The notes beneath the pieces are model-generated. The model was not told the origin of the DNA. It was given only the letters and a program-made list of their open reading frames with translations, and searched no databases. A DNA stretch of 63,384 bases, counting the filler, from Atractiella rhizophila (taxonomy: Eukaryota): assembly GCA_021432655.1 (NCBI GenBank). It is 5 parts of 4 records of this genome, joined end to end, with 100 filler letters (N's around TTAATTAATTAA, not from the genome) between each part and the next. Parts side by side here need not be neighbours in the genome. Positions count along the whole stretch, not along the records: positions 50,104 to 56,343 come from MU271701.1; positions 56,444 to 61,777 come from MU271738.1; positions 61,878 to 63,384 come from MU271804.1; 2 more parts are not named here. One strand, given 5' to 3'. Positions within the stretch are counted from its first letter, which is position 1. Each line of letters begins with the position of its first letter. A program made the translations under genes and the position numbers. Shown in pieces: positions 51,255 to 62,457 of the stretch.

Positions 51255-52075
51255 TCTCCAGCCCTAATCTCTGGTAAGTGCTTGAGGAGTCGGAAAGAGA
51301 GAAAAGACAGAGCACTTTTGTTTTGCAGCCAACTTCGCCCGCGTTGCTTTCTACCAAAATCCTGGCACCAGAGTGGGAAAGTTCGGTTCAGGCTTCCGAT
51401 CTGCGAACTCAATGCAGCCTCGTCAATTCTTTCAAAACACACCCGTGGAAGCTAGTGGAAGGATAAGGGAGGTGCGGTTGTGATTGATCCTGATTTAATA
51501 TTTATTTTTCCACTGAAGGAGCTCAACTGTTTGAATTTGTTTGATCCGGTCGCCTCCAGTTCCTGTGAAGGACAGTGGGGCAGTTACAATACAGTAGGGA
51601 GCATCGAGGTATAGCCTCAGCAGGTTCTGTGCAGGCACCGTTCATAATTCACAATTGCACAGGAAACATACCAGAACATAACGTAGAGCTCAAAACGAGC
51701 AGCTCTTGCGAAAGACAGATGCTACTTCAGAAACCCACTCGAAAGGTTGGCGTCCATGGAATGGGAAAGTGAAGTAAACTACGATGCAGCAGGCATGAGT
51801 CTGAAAACGATACTGTGGTAACCAGCCAAAGAGTGTAAGAAAGAACGTGGGGACGTAAGAACTAGATAAGTGAACACGTGATTCGGGAACGAAGCAATCA
51901 ATAGCCACAATCTCATAGACAAGAGGCAATTAACAGGTAATAGTGTTTGAAACCCTTCGTTTATCCTTTTTTTCTCCACGTTTTTCTTGTTTTCCTGGAT
52001 GGAACCAAACGGGCACTAGAGACATGAACTGAAAAATGCTGGGGATACTAATGCTACATTGACGGCGCAAATGAA

Positions 52076-54230
52076 TCAGACGCTGTTACAGCAGGAGTCA
52101 GCTGAGTGCGTAAAGAGGTAGTTATCGACGTACAATCTGGGAATATGGTTTGTTAAGTCTTCACCGAATCTCGAAAGGGTATGCTTGGTGTCCGACGTCG
52201 TTCGCTTCTTCAGTCTGTGAGGCGACTTGATAGGCCCTTCCTCGTCATCAAGATCTTCGCCCTCAACTGGGTTATCGAAGATTGGGAACAGAAGCTGTCC
52301 TACGAATGGGTGCTCCTTCTTTGCTTTCTTCGTCGACGCGTCTTTCTCGGCAGCTTCCAACGCCTCGGCCAACAACTCGTCTCCTCTTGTGTCCTTCTCA
52401 CACGACTGCCTTTTCTTGTCGATCACCTGGTTCACCCAACATGCCCATTCTGACCTGTCCAAGTTCAATTTAAAGTCGAGAACTTTTAGGAAGCTCGCTT
52501 CCCAAGAGTCCAACTTCGACAACGTAAAAGTCGAAATCATCGCGAATGTCTCCGATCTATAACTATTGTCGTCGAGGATTTTGTTGGCGGTCATGAGAGC
52601 GACAACGAGGAGTCTGTATGGAGACTCCAGTTCTTTCGGATAATTCTGGCTCGTGGTGACCCTCTCGACGTAGGACAAGGCGAGGAGTAAAACCGTGGGT
52701 GTAAGCAGAGTCTGGGTAAGGATCTTTTTGGCGAACGCCTTAAATTTGACATCGGTCGTGGGAGAATAGACAAAGTCTTCTGGGAAAACCGACGGCTCGT
52801 CCTCAGTCTTTGCCTTGATATCTCCCGAGGAAATCATGACGTTCTGATCCACAGGAGTTCCAGGAGCAGTGCTGGCAGGAGAAGTGAGGACACTGGCACA
52901 TTCCGACATTGAATTCCTCCTCGTAGCAATCTCCTGGCCGATAACGCCAAAAGGGGTATAAACGGTGGTTTTCGCGGGAACGTGAACAAAGTGGCGCTTT
53001 TCATATGCCGAACAACAGAAGCTCCATATCAAATCTGCTGCAAAGGACGACAGAGGAACGGCCGAATTTTCAATTGGAGGAGGAGGGAGGACTGGGTTGA
53101 CGTTTGTGGGCACAAGCTGATATTCGACGTAGGGTTCAGACAGCGGTGCAGGAGCTCTTGCGTTCCTCGACCTAGCATAGGTATTCTCGTGTTCATCTGT
53201 CACATACAATCATTAGTGTGCTATGAATGGATGCGAGAGAACAAAGCATACCATAAGCATTGTTGTTGTACCTGTCCCAACTACCAGAATCGTACTCATC
53301 CACTGGGAATGGTCCTAATCCCTCCACTTGCACCGGGTGTCCGACAGTCGTCCGCTCTCTTCCATCACCGACGACTCCGAAACCTGCATTCTTTTGCGCT
53401 GTGATACCCATTGGTCCATTCTCCTGCAACCTAAACGGCTGTGAATATTCGACATCATGATCCCAAGGGCTGTTGTCAACTTCTGGGGGAGGGGCAGGCC
53501 GAGAGTGAAACTGGAAAGCATATGCTCCCACAACTTTATCGTCGACGACGGGTGCCTGGGTATAATATCGTTGTTGATACTCAAAAGGACGGTAAGGCGG
53601 CGGAGGTTGCATTGCTCCATTGGTGTGGGGGTATCCGAATCCAGGGGGAGGATTGGCAGGGGGATCGTAAAACATCGCTCCAGCGGCAGCATATGCTGGT
53701 GCGACCGCGAGTCCCATCCCGAATGGGGGTGATTGATAGGTTCGGGCGTTCTGTTGAAACTGAGGATGGAACTTGAACGGTCGAGCTGCTGGCATCCTGT
53801 GAGACATGAGAGGAGCGTAGCAAGGGGTTTGAGATGGCTGTCCATGATTATGAACAAACATCTGCTGTTGCTGTTGCTGTGGCTGAGTTGCAGTCTGCAT
53901 CCCAATGTTCCTCGTATTTGAGGGAGTATTCCAACTCGGTTGCCACTTCATCGCGTTCCTTTGTTGCTGCGTTGGGAGTTGCGGCTGAAAGGCAGGGGGA
54001 AGGGACGTGTTGAAAAAGCCGTATGGAGGAGGTTGATGACCACCCGAGGACGTGGGAGGCGACCAAACGTTCCTGCTCCAAGTTCGGTGCGGCGCGAAAG
54101 CAGAAGGTTGCGAAGGGTGATAGAAGAAGTAGTCGGCCTGACCAGAACCTGGCACGGCTGGTGACCATATGCCAGGGGGCAACATATCGGCGACCGCGAG
54201 TGGGGAAGGATTGTTGTATGGATGCGTCAT
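52076..54230 (-). CDS. PHO80-like (Pcl/Clg1-type) cyclin with long P/Q-rich N-terminus
   Basis: Cyclin box KILTQTLLTPTVLLLALSYVERV...RLLVVALMTANKILDDNSY...WEASFLKVLDFKL; one short intron near 53200-53250. Confidence 0.85.
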
Positions 54231-55917
54231 CTTGAAATTGGTGAAATCAATTGACTGTGACTCCAAACCAGGCTACCGAAAGCTACAACTCCAGAAAAGC
54301 GGTCCGTGGTTCGAAGGAGCTTCTTTTCGTGAGTGTCTCCGAACAACGAGCGAAGTTGAGACGATTACCGAGATGGTGGCAATAATCGGAGTGAAAGAAA
54401 TAGGTAAGGGTCCCGCTGAATTAATAACTGATGGAGCGGGCTCTTTTATAAAGATAAAAAGTGTGATGGGGACAGAGAGCTACAGATGTCTAGACTTCTT
54501 CTCCGTCTCGAGGAGAGCTGTCGCCCTATTGGTCCGGTTGGACCTGATGAATGTGTTGAGGTGCCTCAGAGATCGCGAGAAGGAATTGTCGACGCCAGAT
54601 TGATTCGGGATGACGTTTACCAAAAGCGAGTACTTCTGAGACGTTAGGTCGAAGGCTTGAAAAAATGTGTGAGGTGGAGGTATGAAAGTTATTCTATGCG
54701 AATAAAGAAATCCTGTTCCGTCGTGAAATGTTAACAGCTGCCACAATTCAAAGAGGAAACGGACGTACGATAGACCTGAGATAAGAAGAGACGCGTCACA
54801 AGCCGATATAATGCGAAGTTATAGGGAACCCAAACAGCAGACCAAGTTCGAAGCCAAAAATCTCAAAAAAGCGCTAGAACCGTTATAACCAATAACTGAT
54901 TTAATTTTCTGCTTTTTTGTGACGAAGAGATTTACTTAAAGAAAGAAAAGACAAAATGAAAGGGAGACAAGTTTTTATTGCTTTCGACCGCTTTACTGAA
55001 TCGGAACCGAAGAGGGATATGATGTGACAGACTCGCAAAGATTCGAGAATAGAAGGTTTGAACAGGTTTTGAGGAAAAGGACTGAAATGATCAGCGAAAG
55101 CTAGAAGATTCAAAAACGAGGAAATAAAACAGCGTGAAGAAGGTCGTGATGAGTGTTGTTGCAAGCGGAAATAAGCCTTGGTGTTATTGAAACGAATATC
55201 AAGCCTCTGAAAGGAAAAGAATTTGGTGTGGTTTGGTCGTTATGCGCGAATAGGCGATTTGTGGTGTGGATTCAATTGATTTACAAAGGAGAGAAGAAGA
55301 GCTAGCCTTCGGCGATGGGTTGGATTGTTGCCACCGAAGGGCGTGCAACGGTCGTAACAAGAGATGGGAGTACGGTTTTCGATCCCGACAGGTGGGAGAG
55401 GTCTCGAGAAACTGATTCTGATGGTCAAATGGCGACGATCCTAAATTGATCGGGAGAAAGGGGAAGGACAAGTCAGCGCGCTCACCCGGAACAGACCGAA
55501 CCGCAGACCACACAACTCCTTAATCGCGAGGACAAGACGTACCTTTCGAATATCGCCACTTATTCCACCACAGCCAATGATTTCCGATTGTCTCCTCGAC
55601 GTCTGAGATTCGATCTGACCAGAGATGGACGGAAGGGAGGGATGGGATGGAAAGGACTGAGTTGAATAAAACTCTGTTCTTTAGCCTTCGGTTGCGCTTT
55701 CGCGTGCCCTATGAGCCTGGGAAAAGAGAATTATCCCCTCGCGAGAAGGGAAAAGTCCTGAGATAGACCTGATTCCCTTGAAACCGAGTTTCTGCTTCTG
55801 CTGATGGTCGTTGTCTTTTGGGGAAGATTTTGAATGCTTACTCATCAAGTTTCCCCTCAGGGTACACGTGACATCTGTCGAAACTTCCATCACCTTTTCT
55901 GCCGAAACTTGCCTTCC

Positions 55918-56343
55918 ATGTCAGCTCTCTCTTCCGCAATCCCTTCAAGGCTCGCGAGAGCCGCCCAAGTCTCAGGTGAGCGTCTGCATTGTAAATTATT
56001 GCAAAAATTGATGTGGATTCTCAGGTTCCTGGCCAGTTGCGAGGGCAAGAGTTCGTGGCCTCTATCGTGACTGGTACCGAGGTATGCGGCCCAATCTCCT
56101 GAATACAGCCGCTCAGGATAATATCAAACAGCTGCACCGGAGATTGTATCCCTCTATGCGCTCCCTTTCCCTCCCTCCGTCATCCGGGCGAAGATTCGGA
56201 GTGAATTCGACAAATACAAGGAGGTGAAGGACCTTGAAGCCGTGGATGTACTCCTTTTGAAGGGGCATCAGGAGTTTCAGGAGACTCTAAACCTTTGGAA
56301 GATGGACACTCATGTTATGCGTTGGTTCGCGGCTGAGGAGGTA
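55918..56343 (+). CDS. NDUFA6: Complex I LYR subunit B14 (NDUFA6), 3' end lost at a linker
   Basis: IPSRLARAAQVS|...RARVRGLYRDWYR|AAPEIVSLY...IRAKIRSEFDK...DVLLLKGHQEFQETLNLWKMDTHVMRWF. Confidence 0.92.
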
Positions 56344-56450
56344 NNNNNNNNNNNNNNNNNNNNNNNNNNNNNNNNNNNNNNNNNNNNTTAATTAATTAAN
56401 NNNNNNNNNNNNNNNNNNNNNNNNNNNNNNNNNNNNNNNNNNNGATGTTT

Positions 56451-56850
56451 TGAGAGAATCTGATGCTGGATGGAGCTAGGGGACAGAAATTGGTGGTCAC
56501 AGATGATAATATTGATAGGGAAACACATACCTAGGGGACAGAGATTGGTGGTCAAAGATGATGACCGCCTAAACTACCCCCTAGGGGCTAAACTATGAAG
56601 TGAAGCAAACAAAACAGAGGTGGCTGACCACACAAACACAACACCATGAAATATAACACCTAATCCAACGCTCCCACCTAGGCAGCCGCCTCTTGAAGCT
56701 CCCACCAAATGAAGGCAGCATGAAGCGACATCACACAAAGAAACATATTAGTTGACTGTCTAAAACCAGTAGAGAGATCCTCGTACCGCTTAAAGCGGCG
56801 TCTTATAACCTCCAGAAGGAGGACAGAGTTTTATTGTGCCCCGTAACTGT
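56451..56850 (-). mobile_element. 3' end of a Copia element, family 2: 220-bp LTR (56451-56670), PPT and 3' untranslated region
   Basis: On minus, AGGTGGGAG PPT then (C)GTTGGATTAGG...CTCA; 56780-56850 resembles 59500-59572. Confidence 0.7.
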
Positions 56851-58035
56851 TGGATTAACCACTGAGCTAAAATGACTAGTCATTTACCAACAGTGTAGAT
56901 TAACCCTTTGCACCCAAGTTCAACATAGAGGACGACCTGTAGACAGATTTAGGACCCCAGAAGCACCTCAAAACAACGACGAAGGGTCAACAGACGAGCT
57001 TGGGATGTTGGTAAAGGAATGTGACGTACTCACTGAGCCAGAGGCGATGGAATATGGCTATATGCTTGTCACAGAGCATGCCATGAGTGCAGCAACAGGA
57101 GTAGAGGTNNNNNNNNNNNNNNNNNNNNNNNNNNNNNNNNNNNNNNNNNNNNNNNNNNNNNNNNNNNNNNNNNNNNNNNNNNNNNNNNNNNNNNNNNNNN
57201 NNNNNNNNNNNNNNNNNNNNNNNNNNNNNNNNNNNNNNNNNNNNNNNNNNNNNNNNNNNNNNNNNNNNNNNNNNNNNNNNNNNNNNNNNNNNNNNNNNNN
57301 NNNNNNNNNNNNNNNNNNNNNNNNNNNNNNNNNNNNNNNNNNNNNNNNNNNNNNNNNNNNNNNNNNNNNNNNNNNNNNNNNNNNNNNNNNNNNNNNNNNN
57401 NNNNNNNNNNNNNNNNNNNNNNNNNNNNNNNNNNNNNNNNNNNNNNNNNNNNNNNNNNNNNNNNNNNNNNNNNNNNNNNNNNNNNNNNNNNNNNNNNNNN
57501 NNNNNNNNNNNNNNNNNNNNNNNNNNNNNNNNNNNNNNNNNNNNNNNNNNNNNNNNNNNNNNNNNNNNNNNNNNNNNNNNNNNNNNNNNNNNNNNNNNNN
57601 NNNNNNNNNNNNNNNNNNNNNNNNNNNNNNNNNNNNNNNNNNNNNNNNNNNNNNNNNNNNNNNNNNNNNNNNNNNNNNNNNNNNNNNNNNNNNNNNNNNN
57701 NNNNNNNNNNNNNNNNNNNNNNNNNNNNNNNGATGGTTCTATTGAGCGCTTCAAGGCCAGATTCGTCATCAAGGGGTTCTCTCAATGCCCTGGATTCGAC
57801 TACTTTGATACTTTCGCATCGACGGTCAAATGGGCGACACTTAGGACAATTCTTTCGCTCGCTTGTGTCTTGGGACATGCAGTTGGAGTCAGTGGATATC
57901 TCTACGGCATTCCTTAACGGCGATATGGATGCAGAAGTCTATGCACAACAACCAGAAGGTCATCCACAGGGTCCTCCAGAGTACGTGCCCGAGCTTATCA
58001 AGGCCATCTATGGCACAAGGCAAGGAGGATGTAAA

Positions 58036-58200
58036 TGTAAGGATCTAAGGCTAGGAGTAGTTGGTGGTCAATAATGAGGCATTCATGAAGTATAGAGAGA
58101 CGTACCTAGGAGTAGTTGGTGGTCAATAATGAGCACCAACACTCCTAGGCAGAACTAAACTACATAGGGATGACTCATATGAGTCATCTGAGGCAGATGA
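58036..58200 (-). mobile_element. Family 1 LTR, 5'-truncated
   Basis: Reverse complement matches 58947-59137 and ends CCTTACA. Confidence 0.85.
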
Positions 58201-58282
58201 AAGGTCGTCAATGGCAGAAGAAACTGGACAAGGAACTCGTTTCCGTGGGCTTCACCAAAGTCAAGTGTGACAGCAGTCTCTG

Positions 58283-58628
58283 TGACTGACCACACAGAGA
58301 CAACACCATGAAATATAACACCTAATCCAACACCCTCAGCTTGAATCTCTTCCCTAACTCCTTCTTGAACCCCTCCACAGCGCTTCTGGACATGCTAGCA
58401 ATCATTATATCATCCACAAAGACTGGGACAATCACCTTGACTTCACCATCGAGTAGATCTCTTTGCTGTGTTTACTCACTTCATAGTTTTTCTCCCTGGG
58501 GGCAGCCTTGGTGGTCATCATCTTTGACCACCAACCCCTGTCCCCTAAGTATGTGTTTCCTCACCAATCCTATCATCTTTGAGCACTAACTCCTGTCCCC
58601 TAGCTCCATCCAGCCTCCATTTCCCTCA
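58283..58628. mobile_element. Family 2 solo LTR split by an inversion
   Basis: 5' end TGTTGGATTAGG on minus at about 58332-58283; remainder on plus about 58460-58628 ending CTCA; flanks GAGGG/GATGG. Confidence 0.7.
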
Positions 58629-58946
58629 GATGGACCTTGGAGCAATGGAATTTTTGTTTGGAGTGAGGATTAGGTGTGATAGGAAGCACAAGAAGATGTG
58701 TGGATCAGGAGCAATATGTTAAGGACCTTCTCTCTCGACAGAAGATGGATAGCTACAAGCCTGTGCTCACTCCTCTCAGTGTAGGCCAAGGTTTATCAAA
58801 GCAAGACTGTCCTCAGACCAAGGAAGATGAAGAAGAGATGTGAACTATTCTCTACAGTCATGTTGTCTCTCTCATGTACCTCGCAGTTGCCACATGCCCT
58901 GACATCGCCTACACTGTTTCTGTCCTTGGAAAAGTCCCCTCCACTC

Positions 58947-59137
58947 TGTTAGCTCTAGTGTGTTGTTTTAGTCATCTGCTTCATATGACTCTTATGAGTC
59001 ATCACCATGTAGTTTAGTTCTGTCTAGGAGTGTTGGTACTCGTTATTGACCACCAAATACTCCTAGGTATGTCTCTCTATACTTCTCTAATGTCTCAATC
59101 ATTGACCACCAACTACTCCTAGGCTTAGATCCTTACA
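58947..59137 (+). mobile_element. Family 1 complete LTR, 191 bp, TG...CA
   Basis: TGTTAG...CCTTACA; internal direct repeat ATTGACCACCAA(A/C)TACTCCTAG; no matching TSD. Confidence 0.85.
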
Positions 59138-59246
59138 CGAGATGTACTGGAGGTGTTACTGGTCGCTCTGGAGCAGCCTGTGGCCTGTCTGGTGCTTCTT
59201 CCCTCTCTTCCTCCGCTTCCTCCGCTTCCTCCGCTTCCTCCGCTTC

Positions 59247-61777
59247 TAAGGCTAGGAGTAGTTGGTGGTCAATAATGAGCACCAACACTCCTAGGCAGAA
59301 CTAAACTACATAGGGATGACTCATATGAGTCATCTGAGGCAGATGACCAAAACAACACACTACAACTAACACTCCCACCTGGGCAGCTGTCTCTTGACAC
59401 TTCCACCACATCCAGAAAATCTCCCACCAAATTCGTACAATGTATACTCGATATAAAGCAGAAAGCATATTAGTTTTTCAGTGAAAAGAAGAGGGAAAGT
59501 CCTCGCACCGCTTAAAGCGGCGTCTTATAACCCCACAGAGGAGGAAAGGAATTTTTATCGTGCCCCACAACTGCCTCAGACACTTGGGTAGGGGTGCAAA
59601 CCCATCATAACTCGAAACTTGTCCACACTGGCGACTGGAAGTGCCTTGGTGAGGAGGTCCGCTGGCATATTGATCCCCAGACAGAAGACTGGACTGATCT
59701 TGCCCATCTCAACAACATCCCTGAGCCAATAAAAGCGAAGGTCCAGGTGTTTCATTCGACCATGGTGCTCAGGGTTCTTGGATACCTGGAGAGCGCTGCT
59801 TCTGTCTGTGAAGAGGGGAGTAGGACCTTGAGGAGCGAAGCCAATTTCTTCTAAAAGATTCCTTAGCCAGACAACTTCTTGGCCAGCTGAGACTCCTGAG
59901 ACATATTCTGCTTCGGTTGTGGAAAGGGCAACGAGGGATTGTAGTTTGCTGCTCCAACTGACCGCTCCATTGCCTATCTTGAGGAGATAGCCTCCCATAG
60001 AACGTCCAGTATCCTTGCACCCAGCAAAATCTGCATCGCAGAAAGTGTGAAAAGGTTGCTTGAGGTCAAAACCAGTTGCAGAATACTCAATTCCTAAGGT
60101 CTGAGTGCCTTTGAGGTACCGTAGAAGATGCTTGGCCGCTTCCCAGTGCTTCTTTCCAGGATTAGAGAGGTATTTTCCAAGTACAGAGACTGCGTGAGCG
60201 ATATCTGGACGAGTGGAGATGGCCAAGTACATCATGGAGCCAACAACGTTGCTGTAAGGGATTGTGCGCATTTCTTCCTGTTCTTCCTTTGTCTGGGGGC
60301 AGTCCTGCTTGCTGAGACCGTGTCCAACGTTGAGAGGAGTGAGGACAGGGTTGCAGTCATCCATCTGTTGGCGTTCTAGAAGGTCCTTAACATACTGTTC
60401 TTGATCCAACCACATAATTCTTCGCTTCCTATCCCTCCTAATACGAACCCCAAGTAGGAATTCCGTTGGTCCAAGGTCTCTGAGTTTGAATCGCTTCCCT
60501 AACTCCCTCTTGAAGTCCTCTACAGCACCCTTGGATGTGCTAGCGATTGTAATATCATCCACAAAGACCGGGACAAGTACTTTGATGTCCCCCTTCGAGT
60601 AAATCCACAGACTAGAGTCGCTCTTGATCTTCTTAAATCCCATATCGACAAGTTCCTTATCGAGTTTCTTCTGCCATTGACGCCCTCCTTGCCTTGTGCC
60701 ATAGATGGCCTTGATTAGCTTGAGAACGTACTCTGGAGGACCCTGTGGATGACCTTCTGGTTGTTGTGCATAGACCTCTGCATCCATATCGCCGTTAAGG
60801 AATGCCGTAGAGATATCCACTGACTCCAAGTCCATGTCCAAGACACAAGCGAGCGAAAGAATTGTCCTAAGTGTCGCCCATTTGACCGTAGATGCGAAAG
60901 TGTCAAAGTAGTCGAATCCAGGGCATTGAGAGAACCCCTTGATGACCAATCTGGCCTTGAAGCGCTCAATAGAACCATCTGACTTCTTCTTAACCGCAAA
61001 CACCCATCGAGAACCAACGATTTTTGCTCCTTTAGGCGGCTTGACCAGAATCCAACTCTTGTTGTCCAAGTGAGATTGAATCTCCTTCACTGTCGCTTCA
61101 TGCCATTCCTTCGCATTAGGGCTTGCCATCGCTCTTGAATATGACTGAGGGACCTCTACTCCTGTTGCTGCACTCATGGCATGCTCTGTGACAAGCATAT
61201 AGCCATATTCCATCGCCTCTGGCTCAGGAGCAGTCTTGTTGGGTCTGTCTCTCTAGGTGAACCTGTCCGCAAGTGTACGGATGTAAGAGTTTTAGCCAAG
61301 GTCTGGGTGATGTCTAGGTGGGTTGTTGTGGTCTAGCTGGAGGAGGTCGTCGAAGTTGTGGAGGGGGACAGTGGTCCGGAAGTTCTTAAATAAGATGCTC
61401 TTCTCTCGCTTGAGAGGTCTAGTCGATGTCGCACAACAGGACCAGTTGACGGACGATCCTGTGGGTGTTGAGTATAGTCAGTAGTGGTACGTCATCTCTA
61501 GGAACGTGTCCTCACAACCACGAGTAATAACTGGTGGTTGGTGAGGGTCCATACAGAGGTCTATGGTGAGGTTACACGAATAATAGGCGGGTTGTTGCGG
61601 TCTAGTTGGAGGAGGTCGTCGAAGTTGTGGAGGGGGACAGTTGTCCGGATAGTTCTTAAATAAGATGCTCATCTCCTGCTGGACATGTGTCTAAATCCTG
61701 GGGTCTTCGCGGAGTTTTGTTGCTGCTTCCCAGTTGTCTGCTCGAACCCTACAACCATTTCCTTACACTGCATGAGT
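59247..61777 (-). mobile_element. Ty1/Copia retrotransposon 3' half: open RT-RNase H ORF (59576-61213), PPT and 3' LTR (59247-59371)
   Basis: RFKARLVIKGFSQ, DISTAFLNG, VFVDD, FCDADFAG, ALSTTEAEY, KHLDLRFYWLRD, ADLLTKAL; PPT AGGTGGGAG before TGTTAG at 59371. Confidence 0.95.
61228..61777. other. Reversed-not-complemented block 3 (assembly artifact)
   Basis: 61671-61777 is the base-by-base complement, in the same direction, of 56928-57032. Confidence 0.97.
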
Positions 61778-61877
61778 NNNNNNNNNNNNNNNNNNNNNNN
61801 NNNNNNNNNNNNNNNNNNNNNTTAATTAATTAANNNNNNNNNNNNNNNNNNNNNNNNNNNNNNNNNNNNNNNNNNNN

Positions 61878-62276
61878 CTTGCCAGCTTGCGTTGGACAAA
61901 ACTCCAAGAGGCGACCAAGGATTCGGACGTTGATGAGCATCTTTGTCAACACTGTCGCCTCGCTCCCTGAAGCCTTCTCCAACCTCTCCTTCAAATATCT
62001 CTCGACGGTTCGGCATGTACCGTGGGCGCTCTCTGTGTTCGGCGTGTCCTTGAAGTCAGCTGGTAAATCCATCTTGCATGTGTGGTCGTATTGTCAACTG
62101 ATGTTCGGTTGGAAAAAACGCTCGGAAACAATCCATTCTGACTTGACTTGACTCATCGAGGAGGATGTAGTTTATTCTTGCTCCTGCATTCCGAACAAAC
62201 ATATCTTGTGAGCTGTTGACACTTACCGTACCGCTAGCTTCTCGGGAGATAATAACGATGATGTTATTCCAGACAT
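61878..62276 (-). CDS. 5' fragment of an uncharacterised gene, possibly the N-terminus of a fungal HNH-domain protein
   Basis: SAHGTCRTVE...INVRILGRLLEFCP runs into the linker; family resemblance from memory; start could be 62072 or 62276. Confidence 0.35.
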
Positions 62277-62457
62277 GCAGGATAACAGTAGATTAAGGAG
62301 AGCTCTCTACGAGAGCTGCATGATACGAACATGTATGCCAGAACAACAACTCAACTTGATGGACCTACGAACTGAGGAAAATTTTGAACAAATAAACATA
62401 ACCGATGCTTCATCCCTTAAACAAATCGTAATCGTCTAAAAAAGCGTAGAGCAACCA

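Larger units (their letters stand above)
56928..58935 (+). mobile_element. Disrupted Copia RT fragments interrupted by LTRs, an N gap and an inversion
   Basis: EYGYMLVTEH, ERFKARFVIKGFSQCPGFDY, GRQWQKKLDKEL, DQEQYVKDLL; frameshift near 57872 and stop near 58841. Confidence 0.85.

Noticed and set aside
21399..56343. Cluster of mitochondria-related genes (NDUFAF6-like, RPO41, CRC1, NDUFA6)
   Set aside because: They lie on different contigs joined by artificial linkers and are interspersed with unrelated housekeeping genes
26213..61777. Mirror blocks as a new biological mechanism (3'-to-5' templating or encrypted genes)
   Set aside because: All end at assembly gaps, at least one carries indel errors, and an essential gene is affected; a software explanation is far simpler unless raw reads say otherwise
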